Below are positions 19,093-27,644 of a stretch of 64,000 bases of DNA, piece by piece. Position 1 is the first letter of the stretch. Each line of letters opens with the position of its first letter. Origin of the DNA: a virus (lineage: Duplodnaviria; Caudoviricetes); IMG/VR virus record IMGVR_UViG_3300031414_000005; one strand, given 5' to 3'. The position numbers were made by a program, and so were the translations under genes. The notes under the pieces were generated by a model. It was not told the origin of the DNA, did no database searches, and saw only the letters and a list, made by a program, of their open reading frames with translations.

Positions 19093-20748
19093 ATGAACAA
19101 ATACACGTCCAACAAAGTTAAAGCACGGCTACCCACTTTCAACAAACGGTTAACCGACGGGTTTGTTCACCGTGAGTTGCAGTATGTGGAGCGTGAGGTG
19201 GTGGATATGTTCCGTACCGCAGTGAGTTCGATCTCGGCGAACGAGGACTTGAAATACATCCGCCATCAGATTTGTGGACCTGAGGAAATGTACCGGGTTA
19301 TCACCCAGAAGACAAAGGCGTACGAGACAGCCCGGAGCGACTTGTTCCTGGTGAAGTTCTTCTTTGAATTCCGTGGCGAGCCTTTACCGGAGATCTATCT
19401 GTTTTTACCGTACTGCGATATTCACGGGCTGATTTATTTGCGCGGCAGCCTGAACCAAATCACACCGGTATTGATAGACTCCGGTTTATCGGTCACCCGC
19501 AAGAATGGCATATTCTGCCAGCTCAGCGGCGTGAAGTTCACCATTAACCATGAGAACTTCTATTTCCGTCAGGTGACCCTGGACCAATTCGGGCAACCGT
19601 ATTACCACCCGATGAACATGAACATCCCGGCCACCGAGTTGTATAAACCCACCTCGGCCCGTAAAGAGATGTCAAGCCTGGTAACCAAAGCAACGCTTGG
19701 AAGCTATATCTTTGGCGTGATGGGTGTGGAGAAAGCGTTTGACCACTACACCAAGTGTGAAGTTGCCTTCGGTGAAGTTGACAACATCCTCAGTCAATAC
19801 AGTAAAGATGACCGCTGGGCTGTCTATACCGTATCGGGGATGATGAACAAGAAGTGCCGTATTCCAAAAGGACAATGGAGTTCGCCGGACATCGCGATTG
19901 CGGTGCGTAGTAAAGATCCAGAAACCACCACGCCTCCACAACTTGCGGTTCACCTGGCGGGTGCGTTCCTGTTTGCTGCGGATACCCAGCCGGAGAACTT
20001 TGATGTGGAAACCATTGCCTCGCCGTATTCCTGGCGTGTGATCGTGGGGCGTTGCTATCTGAAACGTTCTATTCCCCGCAACAAAGTCCTGAACGATATG
20101 GAACCCCACTTCTATTCGGTTATGCGTTATATGGACGAGCGCAGCAAGCGCCGGTTAAAACGGGAAAACATCCCGTGTGAAAACCTGCTGGACCTGTTTG
20201 CTCACCTGATGATTCACATGAGTACGATTGTCGCGGAAACCAACAAGGCGTCGATCTATGACAAAGAAATCAATATCCTGCGTTATATCCTGAGCAGCAT
20301 ATCTGAGAGTATTTTCTATTTCTCGTTTAATCTTCAGAACAACTCCACCCTGACCATGAACAAGGTGCTTGAACAATTCAAAAACATCGGTATCGATTCG
20401 TTCCACAAAGTAAAGAAAGATTTTGCTGGTCTTAACCCGATTACTTACGCGGGTGACAATGTGCTTACCAAGATCTCCGGTAACGTATTGCTTCAGACCG
20501 CTGCTGTTCGTCGTAATACCGCAGGGCATGACAACATATTCACCGACCCGACTAAGATCGCGGATGCGAGTATTGTTGAAGCAGGCAGTTTCTTATTCCT
20601 ACCCAAGCCTGATCCAACTGGTCGTTCACGGTTGAATTTCATGTTGCGGTTAAATGAAGATAATCAGATCGTCCGCAAACCTCATCTGGTGAAATTTATG
20701 GGCTGGGTTCAACATAACCTGCGCAACCGTAAATCACCCAACACTTAA
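19093..20748 (+). CDS. Non-virion RNA polymerase beta subunit, N-terminal part (phiKZ gp123-like)
   Basis: 551 aa; EIYLFLPY, ITPVLID and PKPDPTGRSRLN segments; position two genes after the capsid gene; early promoter upstream fits nvRNAP timing. Confidence 0.75.
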   Translation: MNKYTSNKVKARLPTFNKRLTDGFVHRELQYVEREVVDMFRTAVSSISANEDLKYIRHQICGPEEMYRVITQKTKAYETARSDLFLVKFFFEFRGEPLPEIYLFLPYCDIHGLIYLRGSLNQITPVLIDSGLSVTRKNGIFCQLSGVKFTINHENFYFRQVTLDQFGQPYYHPMNMNIPATELYKPTSARKEMSSLVTKATLGSYIFGVMGVEKAFDHYTKCEVAFGEVDNILSQYSKDDRWAVYTVSGMMNKKCRIPKGQWSSPDIAIAVRSKDPETTTPPQLAVHLAGAFLFAADTQPENFDVETIASPYSWRVIVGRCYLKRSIPRNKVLNDMEPHFYSVMRYMDERSKRRLKRENIPCENLLDLFAHLMIHMSTIVAETNKASIYDKEINILRYILSSISESIFYFSFNLQNNSTLTMNKVLEQFKNIGIDSFHKVKKDFAGLNPITYAGDNVLTKISGNVLLQTAAVRRNTAGHDNIFTDPTKIADASIVEAGSFLFLPKPDPTGRSRLNFMLRLNEDNQIVRKPHLVKFMGWVQHNLRNRKSPNT

Positions 20749-20780
20749 GCATTCTTCCAACTTCCATTGAGTTTACTCTT

Positions 20781-23087
20781 ATGACTAATAACTATAGCGC
20801 TGGTAGCATCTGGTCCCAACCGAACACCCCAACCCGTTTGTTGGATGACAAAGCGTTTCAGGATAATGCCTTCAAAGTCGTTACTGCCCGCCTTAACGAA
20901 TTGGCTAACGTCAATGCGCTGGGCGCGCTGGTGTACAACAAAGCCCGTAATAACGAAGCCTACATCCGTAACATCCTGACGTTCACCGGCTTGTTTGTCG
21001 AGTTCGGTCTGTCAATGGAACCGGGTATTGACCGTGCTCGTCTGCTGGCCATGTGTGTCACAGATGTGCTGGATATCCATGCGATTCAGGAATTGAAACA
21101 ACCCAACCAGTCTAACCTGCAATTCCAGATCTCTGGTGATGCATACCGTTACTTCGTCAACCGTGCAGCCAAACTGCAACAAAAGATGGATGCGGTGGTG
21201 CAACGCAATAACCTCGGGATCACCATGAACCTTCAGCTGCAAGGCGGAAGCGGTAACGGCCATGCTGGCGTCGCGATGAACAACCAGCGTTCGTCCAGCG
21301 ACCTGATGTGGGGTGTTGGCGGTAACGGTAACAGCGACAACGGCTGGGGTGGTGTTGAACCCGCTACGCAGCGTACACGCAGTGTGAGCGAACTTTACTT
21401 TGATAATGTGGCGCTGGGTGCAGGTATGGACTCGCCGTCACGGGGATTGAACGTGAAGACAAGTGTAATTGACAGTCTGTTTCAGGATTCGGAAAAAGCG
21501 CTGGGTAACCGCCGCCCATCCGACACCACCATTCAAGCCAATGACAACGGCGCCGCACCGGATCTGTTTGACTGGGGTGAAAAGAAAACCTCCAGCCATA
21601 AAGACCACGGGGTGTATGACGAGTTTAACTCCGACAACCTGATTCAGGATATGGAAGCCAAACCGTATCAGGAGGAAACCGCGTCTGACCTGTGGGATTG
21701 GACCCTGGGCATGGATGAGAACGATGCGGATGCCTTTGATTACAGCGGGCGTGATCTGCAACCGGCACCTGATCATGTTGTGCAGAGCGCCAGCAAAATG
21801 CAAGCGGCTCATACCCCGGCGGCAAAACCCCAACAGGAGGTGGAGACAGAGCAGGGTGATCGTCATATCAAGGATGGTTGGTATCTGTCGAACCCGGACA
21901 ACTGGCAGGAGGTGTTTGCCAAAGCACCGCGTAATGCAGCACAACCGTTTAACCTCACCCTCCCGCTGAAAGGCACCCGTTTGTACCGTCGTAACACTGA
22001 CGGCACGCTCACCCAACGTTTGGTGGATATTCCGATGGAACGTTTTAACCACAACCCGGCTGAACTGCTGGGAACCACACAGACCGCTGAAGAGTTTGAC
22101 GAACCCCTGCGTTTGACCCAGCCGATTTTCCTGTCGGATGCGATCATCAAAGCAGAAGGCGACAAGCCAAAGCGGGTGAACAGTGAATACCTGAAAGAAA
22201 CCGCCGACACGAATAAAATCCAGTCGCTGGTTGATGAGCAGTTAATCACTGGGTTCAGCGATGCTGAACTGACTGTGCGGGCGTTGGCACGCAGCCACAA
22301 AGCCGTGAAGGAAATCAAAGCCCAGGGTACCGCAGGTGTTAACGTGGAGTACACCCTGGAGAAAGCGGACCTGCTGCACATCGCCGGTGACGCTGACGAC
22401 TTCCTGCACAAAGTATCGTTCCTGACTCAAGGTAGCGAGGACCAATTCAAAAACTATCTTGACTTTGCTCTGCGCTTCATTGAACTGGAAGGAGCGATTC
22501 ATCATGATGTCTACAGCAAACTGGATAAACACCTGCTGCGCGTGGTCAACGACTTCCTGACGTATGACCTGGCCTACGAAGGTAAACTGGCACTGGAGTA
22601 TTCCTTTGCTGGCGAATTCGTTGAACTGTGTGAATACCTGAACCGCAAAGACCCTGATGCGCTTAAGCTGCTGCAAACCCACTGTGATGAGTTGCTGTCC
22701 CGTAGTCGGATTGTGGCGAGTGCAGCTCAGACAGAACGTCTGCGCAAGATCTTCCTGAGCCGTATTGCGAAAGCAGAATACGATTCAGCCCTGGAGATCA
22801 TGGCGAACGCCGTGTTCTCTGTGGAACACCACCTGATTATCCGCAGCGGTTTGAAAGCGGATGCCTTTGGTGTTGATGTGGATTCTGCGCCGGGTGACCA
22901 GATTGTGATGAAGCAGTCTGCGTATCCAAACACCCTGAAGATGTTGTATTCATCAATGGCCCGCACCACCAAGCAGCTGGCTGATGGTGTGTTCTTCAAT
23001 ATCCGTTTCATCACTGCTGATGGCTTTAGCTTCACAGGACACGAAACGGTGATGGCTGATGATGTACTGATTCTGGCACGTCGTTAA
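20781..23087 (+). CDS. Large hypothetical protein with a disordered acidic middle
   Basis: 768 aa; polar/acidic low-complexity region between two apparently folded regions. Confidence 0.6.
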   Translation: MTNNYSAGSIWSQPNTPTRLLDDKAFQDNAFKVVTARLNELANVNALGALVYNKARNNEAYIRNILTFTGLFVEFGLSMEPGIDRARLLAMCVTDVLDIHAIQELKQPNQSNLQFQISGDAYRYFVNRAAKLQQKMDAVVQRNNLGITMNLQLQGGSGNGHAGVAMNNQRSSSDLMWGVGGNGNSDNGWGGVEPATQRTRSVSELYFDNVALGAGMDSPSRGLNVKTSVIDSLFQDSEKALGNRRPSDTTIQANDNGAAPDLFDWGEKKTSSHKDHGVYDEFNSDNLIQDMEAKPYQEETASDLWDWTLGMDENDADAFDYSGRDLQPAPDHVVQSASKMQAAHTPAAKPQQEVETEQGDRHIKDGWYLSNPDNWQEVFAKAPRNAAQPFNLTLPLKGTRLYRRNTDGTLTQRLVDIPMERFNHNPAELLGTTQTAEEFDEPLRLTQPIFLSDAIIKAEGDKPKRVNSEYLKETADTNKIQSLVDEQLITGFSDAELTVRALARSHKAVKEIKAQGTAGVNVEYTLEKADLLHIAGDADDFLHKVSFLTQGSEDQFKNYLDFALRFIELEGAIHHDVYSKLDKHLLRVVNDFLTYDLAYEGKLALEYSFAGEFVELCEYLNRKDPDALKLLQTHCDELLSRSRIVASAAQTERLRKIFLSRIAKAEYDSALEIMANAVFSVEHHLIIRSGLKADAFGVDVDSAPGDQIVMKQSAYPNTLKMLYSSMARTTKQLADGVFFNIRFITADGFSFTGHETVMADDVLILARR

Positions 23088-23097
23088 TCCCCCAATT

Positions 23098-23124
23098 GAG
23101 GAGAGCTTCGGCTCTCCTCTTTTT
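23098..23124 (+). terminator. Intrinsic terminator
   Basis: gaggagagc TTCG gctctcctc TTTTT. Confidence 0.85.
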
Positions 23125-23158
23125 AACGCACTTTTAATTTTTAGATTACAGGCGGTTT

Positions 23159-23179
23159 CAAGTCTATATAACCATTGTG
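23159..23179 (+). promoter_or_regulatory. Early promoter variant
   Basis: caagtcTATATAACcattGTG, core at 23165-23172; upstream of the tagged membrane-protein array. Confidence 0.6.
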
Positions 23180-23226
23180 ACATAGAGCAATAGTGCTCTT
23201 TCCTTTAAAACTAATGAGGTATCATC

Positions 23227-23691
23227 ATGGCTGGTAACGTAAACTTTGACGCAAACAACAACGTAGCAACTGGTTCTAAAGCTGTCCGTAACAACGGTCT
23301 GGGTCTGATCGCCGGTACTGTGGTCGGTGGTGCACTGGGTTATGCTCTGGGTAACACCATTGAGAACAAAGTCGGTCGCTACGCATCACACACTTTCACC
23401 ACCCTGAACATCATCGCCGGTGGTTCTATGGCGGGTATGATGTTGCGTTTCAAAGGTGAAGTCGGCGCACTGGTTGACATGATCGCTGCCGGTACCGATG
23501 AGAAAGATCTGCCTGCTTCTCTGAAATCCTCACCTGTAACGAACTTTGCTTATGGCTTTGGTCTGGGTGTCGGTGCAGGTGCGGGTTGTGCTGCGGTCGC
23601 TGCGGTGATCCGCCATGCTACCAAAGACGGTGTGGTTGTAGAAGCGGACAACGTCACCATCATCGAAACCAACAACGTGGATGAGATCTAA
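23227..23691 (+). CDS. Small membrane protein, tagged array member 1 (MAGNVNFD...)
   Basis: 154 aa; GAGG RBS; three Gly-rich hydrophobic segments. Confidence 0.7.
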   Translation: MAGNVNFDANNNVATGSKAVRNNGLGLIAGTVVGGALGYALGNTIENKVGRYASHTFTTLNIIAGGSMAGMMLRFKGEVGALVDMIAAGTDEKDLPASLKSSPVTNFAYGFGLGVGAGAGCAAVAAVIRHATKDGVVVEADNVTIIETNNVDEI

Positions 23692-24074
23692 TGGCCGGGA
23701 ACGTACAGTTTGATAAAGATAACCAACCCAGCGTGCAACAGCAACATCGCCGCCTGGGTAACGTTGTAAAGATCGGTGGCATGCTGACGGTGGGGTTGGG
23801 TGCTTACAGTGCTGCGAAGTGCCCTAGCCCGGTTACACGCGGCCTGATGCTGGCAAGCTGTGTTGTGGGTGGGTACTTCGTCAACCACATGGGGAATGTC
23901 ATCCAACACATCGGCGACCAACCGGATGCCGAAGCGTTTGACCCTGCGCTGTATTGGCAACTTGGCTTTGCCAGCACTCTACCAATCTGGGGTGTGGGGA
24001 TGGCTAAAGCCTATCTGATGCTGTCAGGTAAACCCGACTTAGCGGAAGTCCTGGGAGTGGAGGAAGAAATATGA
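23691..24074 (+). CDS. Small membrane protein, tagged array member 2 (MAGNVQFD...)
   Basis: 127 aa; TAATG coupling; three hydrophobic segments. Confidence 0.7.
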   Translation: MAGNVQFDKDNQPSVQQQHRRLGNVVKIGGMLTVGLGAYSAAKCPSPVTRGLMLASCVVGGYFVNHMGNVIQHIGDQPDAEAFDPALYWQLGFASTLPIWGVGMAKAYLMLSGKPDLAEVLGVEEEI

Positions 24075-24454
24075 GTGGACAGCTACAGTTCGATAAGCAC
24101 AACGTCCCAAAAGCGGTTAAGGAACAAGCCAAAAAGAATGCAGGGAATGCAAGAAACATTGGATATCTGACAGTGACTGCCGCTGGGACGTCCAATGCGA
24201 TTGTGATTGAACAAACAACCAGCGGTCATTGGCGGGCCGCCGCACACGTCGTCAATGTCGCAACCAGCGCATTCATGGCAAATCAAATCAACAAACGCAG
24301 TGAAACAGAACTCACCCGACTGGTGCTGGAAGACCAGGTCATGTTGGATAAATACCAACACGTTAATGCTGAAGTCCTGCTGCAACATGTGCTCCCGGCA
24401 TTGACGGTGGGCGTGGCAGGGCTCGGCTATCTCTTAGGCAAACGAGGAACATAA
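24071..24454 (+). CDS. Small membrane-associated protein, tagged array member 3 (MSGQLQFD...)
   Basis: 127 aa; ATGA coupling, GGAGG RBS; hydrophobic C-terminal helix. Confidence 0.7.
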   Translation: MSGQLQFDKHNVPKAVKEQAKKNAGNARNIGYLTVTAAGTSNAIVIEQTTSGHWRAAAHVVNVATSAFMANQINKRSETELTRLVLEDQVMLDKYQHVNAEVLLQHVLPALTVGVAGLGYLLGKRGT

Positions 24455-24456
24455 TC

Positions 24457-24663
24457 ATGGCAGGTAGCGTAAACTTCGATCTGGGTAACAAACCAAAATT
24501 CCTGAAAGAGGAATCGGACACTAAAAAGATGTGCAGCGCGGCGGTAACTATCGCCGTGAGTGCAGGTCTGGCAACGTCAAGCAGTTCACTGATCCGGGCG
24601 ATCGGTTTCGGTGGCATTGTAGTTGGTGGTGTTGATCTTTATAACGGATATCACGGAAAATAA
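24457..24663 (+). CDS. Small membrane protein, tagged array member 4 (MAGSVNFD...)
   Basis: 68 aa; GAGG RBS; two hydrophobic segments. Confidence 0.7.
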   Translation: MAGSVNFDLGNKPKFLKEESDTKKMCSAAVTIAVSAGLATSSSSLIRAIGFGGIVVGGVDLYNGYHGK

Positions 24664-24673
24664 GCCACGCATT

Positions 24674-24721
24674 AAAGAGGAGGAGCCATTGGCTCCTCCT
24701 CAGCGATGGTTATTTTTTTTT
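24674..24721. terminator. Bidirectional terminator at a convergent junction
   Basis: gaggaggagcc att ggctcctcctc (24677-24701), T-run at 24713-24721. Confidence 0.75.
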
Positions 24722-24729
24722 GCTTTCAA

Positions 24730-27612
24730 CTACACGATGGTGCCGCCTCCTGGCGCTTTGTTTTCATCATCCTCTTCATTCTCCCCGTCGGTGTTCTCGT
24801 CATCCACGTCATCGGCTGGCGGAGTATCGTCCGGATTGTTCTCATCGGCGTTGTCACCCTCATTCAATGCACCCTCATCGAAGTTGAGGTCACCTTCATT
24901 GTTGTCATCTGCCGGTAGTGCGGCGTCATCCGCGTTTTCATCCGGCACTGGCTCCGTTGGGGTGAGCTTGTCCACCTTCGGCTTAAACTTCTTCGCGATG
25001 GTGTTCTTGTTGGAAACGTAATCCAACATCGCGGTGGCCATGGTTTCATCGAAATCGTTGATCGCCTGGAAGAACTCCTCCATCCGCGTTTCATCATCCG
25101 CACTGATAAACGGCAGGATGTCATCAGCCATGTTGTGTTTGATCATCCAATCACGCAACAGCTTACGGCGAATATCCTCACGGAAGGAATCATACCCTTC
25201 CTGATCCAGGGTAGGCAGAATCATGCGAATCGCATTATCCGGGAAGAATGCATCCACTTTCTGTTGGATTTCGGTTACCTGGTTCTCGACCATGGTCCGG
25301 CGTTTCTCAGAAGCTTTATCCACTTCTGGGCGTGGCAGGCTCACGTCGATAGAGGCAATGAACTCCGTCAGGATCACCGACACCTGATCCCGGTCTTCCT
25401 GGTTGAGTTCCCCATTCAGTTCGGAATCACTCGTCTTAACAGCCGCGACAGCTTTTCCTTTTCTGGCTTTGTCCTTTTTCTGAGCTTCCCGACCTTTCTT
25501 ACCGGACGCTTGCCACAGGGTTTTATTCTCCTGGATTTCTTCGACCAGCTTCGCTCGCAGCGCACCTGATTTCAGTGCATACTTGCGCATGAAGTCAGCC
25601 AGGAACACACACAGACGTTTCTGCCAGATAATACACTGCTTCACCATCATCTCGGCGTCTTGCAGCATTTCAGTGGCGAACTGCACGTCGTTGTCTGAAT
25701 CTAACCATTGTGGTTTCAAGTACCAACCTAATGCTTGCTGGTTCTTGAAGAAGCGCTGGATGTCTTCACTCGGGGCCACCACTTGACGCTGGGTTTGGGT
25801 CAGGTTCATATCCGGGCTAGGGATATAGTCGCTGCCTTCCAGTTTCACGGTGGTGCTCGACGCGGCCATCAGGTTCATGATGTCTGCCGGTGACTGCATC
25901 CCCACGACCCGGGATACCGAGGTGTTGGAGTTGAAGTACAGCGTCAGGGCATCTTCGATCGTACCTTCCGGGTCGGTGTCTTCTTCTTCCAGACGGATAC
26001 CAAGCTCCGTGTGGTTGATCGAGTTTTCCAGGTTAGCGTTGACCGACGCCAGCATCAATGCAATACGGGCCGACGTGTACATCTTGGTCTGGTCTAATAA
26101 GGAAGCACCAATCCCCAGACGGTTATAGTCGAACGCCATATAGGTAATGGCTTCAGCTGGCACATACAGCACACGGGTACCTTGTTTACGGCAGGTGCGT
26201 GCCCACATCACCCGAGAGATCTCGTTAGACATGGTGACCGACACCATCTTACCGTATGTACCGTTGGCCACATAGGTAATCAGATCGCGTTCCAACTCCT
26301 GCACATACTTGACGTAGAACTCACGCATGTCGAAGTTGACTTCGGTGCCGCCGCTCTGCACCTGCTGAGCCATGGCAATTACACCCTGCTCTGCCGTCGA
26401 CGCAGTGCCGCCACCTTCCGAGGATGCTTTCTGTTGCAAGTCCATCAGGTCTTGATAGTAGTCAGCATCTTTGGTGGTCTTCAGGAAGTTCCCTTCCTCA
26501 TCCAGCAACAGGTAGTACCCGACGTGCACCGTGTTGTCGCCGGGCACATGTACTGGGATCACCGCTTCCGAAGGAACATGGTGTACCAGCGGATGGCTGT
26601 ACGGGTCGTTGTTGTACTGCGCGTCACGCGGCAGGGTCAACACCCCGTCTTCGGTCTTGCGGTACTCACGGTTCTTATAGAGGCTGTCATACACCTCCGC
26701 GATTTGGTCTTCGGTCAGGGACAACGTTTTGGCTTTCTTGTCCTCATTAGCCTCCATCCCTGGCGTGTGAATGGCAGCACGACGTTGATGGGATTGGGTG
26801 GCTTTCACCGTCCGGCGGGTGGCCATGTGACGGTTAAAGTTATGCAGCGACAATACGGCTGTGTTATCGGTGACCCGGATAAACGATTGATCTTCACCAA
26901 ACACCCGGCTGTCATCAATCTTTACACCGCTGTCGTTAAACAGGTCTTCCAGACCAAAACTGGTTTTCGTCTTGGTGCGCGGCCCTAAAATCCCTGTAGG
27001 GCGGAAGTCTTTCACCTGCATGTCCAGATCGGCATCGGTGTACTGCTTGATCGACTCCAACCCACCGGTGACGTAACCGTTGATTACGTTGTCGAGCGAA
27101 CTCTGTGACAGCACCAGATACACCCATGAACCCTTACGGAACAGGATGTCATCGACCATCTGTGGCAGCTTCTCTTCTATTTTATAGTCCGATTGGAAGT
27201 GGGCTTTTACCACCTCAATCAGTTTCTTTGAGAGCTCAATGTTTTTCGTTGGGTAGTTGGTTGTGTCGTAGGCCAACCCACTATTGCCAAAATCGTTGGG
27301 AGAGATCAGTACACTCTGCCAGATGTTGGAAGCCAGCTTAGCGTCCGGCAGTAACTCCATGACGTTGGTGTTGGAATCGATGTTGTTTGAGACGATACGT
27401 GACAGACGTTCCAGCTTGGCACGGCTGATACTCTGCTTAGACAGTTTGCGCCACGCATCACGCCCGCTACTGCGACCACCTCGACTTCCCTGGCCATCAT
27501 CACGCACGAGCTGACTGATGATACGGGCAGCCGCTGGATCCTTTTTCATCATCTCGACTTTCGGGATTCTTGCGTGTTCCGTGCCGGGACGATTTAACAG
27601 TTGGTTACCCAT
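24730..27612 (-). CDS. Probable portal protein (phiKZ gp129-like)
   Basis: 960 aa; N-terminal region with GGLE/S, FGLE/D, PGME/A motifs; PSEAVIPVH...GYYLLLDEEG segment; acidic C-tail; divergent from a ~730-aa structural gene as in phiKZ-like genomes. Confidence 0.7.
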   Translation of the reverse strand: MGNQLLNRPGTEHARIPKVEMMKKDPAAARIISQLVRDDGQGSRGGRSSGRDAWRKLSKQSISRAKLERLSRIVSNNIDSNTNVMELLPDAKLASNIWQSVLISPNDFGNSGLAYDTTNYPTKNIELSKKLIEVVKAHFQSDYKIEEKLPQMVDDILFRKGSWVYLVLSQSSLDNVINGYVTGGLESIKQYTDADLDMQVKDFRPTGILGPRTKTKTSFGLEDLFNDSGVKIDDSRVFGEDQSFIRVTDNTAVLSLHNFNRHMATRRTVKATQSHQRRAAIHTPGMEANEDKKAKTLSLTEDQIAEVYDSLYKNREYRKTEDGVLTLPRDAQYNNDPYSHPLVHHVPSEAVIPVHVPGDNTVHVGYYLLLDEEGNFLKTTKDADYYQDLMDLQQKASSEGGGTASTAEQGVIAMAQQVQSGGTEVNFDMREFYVKYVQELERDLITYVANGTYGKMVSVTMSNEISRVMWARTCRKQGTRVLYVPAEAITYMAFDYNRLGIGASLLDQTKMYTSARIALMLASVNANLENSINHTELGIRLEEEDTDPEGTIEDALTLYFNSNTSVSRVVGMQSPADIMNLMAASSTTVKLEGSDYIPSPDMNLTQTQRQVVAPSEDIQRFFKNQQALGWYLKPQWLDSDNDVQFATEMLQDAEMMVKQCIIWQKRLCVFLADFMRKYALKSGALRAKLVEEIQENKTLWQASGKKGREAQKKDKARKGKAVAAVKTSDSELNGELNQEDRDQVSVILTEFIASIDVSLPRPEVDKASEKRRTMVENQVTEIQQKVDAFFPDNAIRMILPTLDQEGYDSFREDIRRKLLRDWMIKHNMADDILPFISADDETRMEEFFQAINDFDETMATAMLDYVSNKNTIAKKFKPKVDKLTPTEPVPDENADDAALPADDNNEGDLNFDEGALNEGDNADENNPDDTPPADDVDDENTDGENEEDDENKAPGGGTIV

Positions 27613-27644
27613 TGCTACACTCCAAATCTGAATGGAAATTGATC

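Noticed and set aside
24730-24990. Asp/Glu/Asn-rich low-complexity stretch as a possible tandem repeat
   Set aside because: It is the acidic C-terminal tail of the portal candidate, with no regular DNA repeat unit
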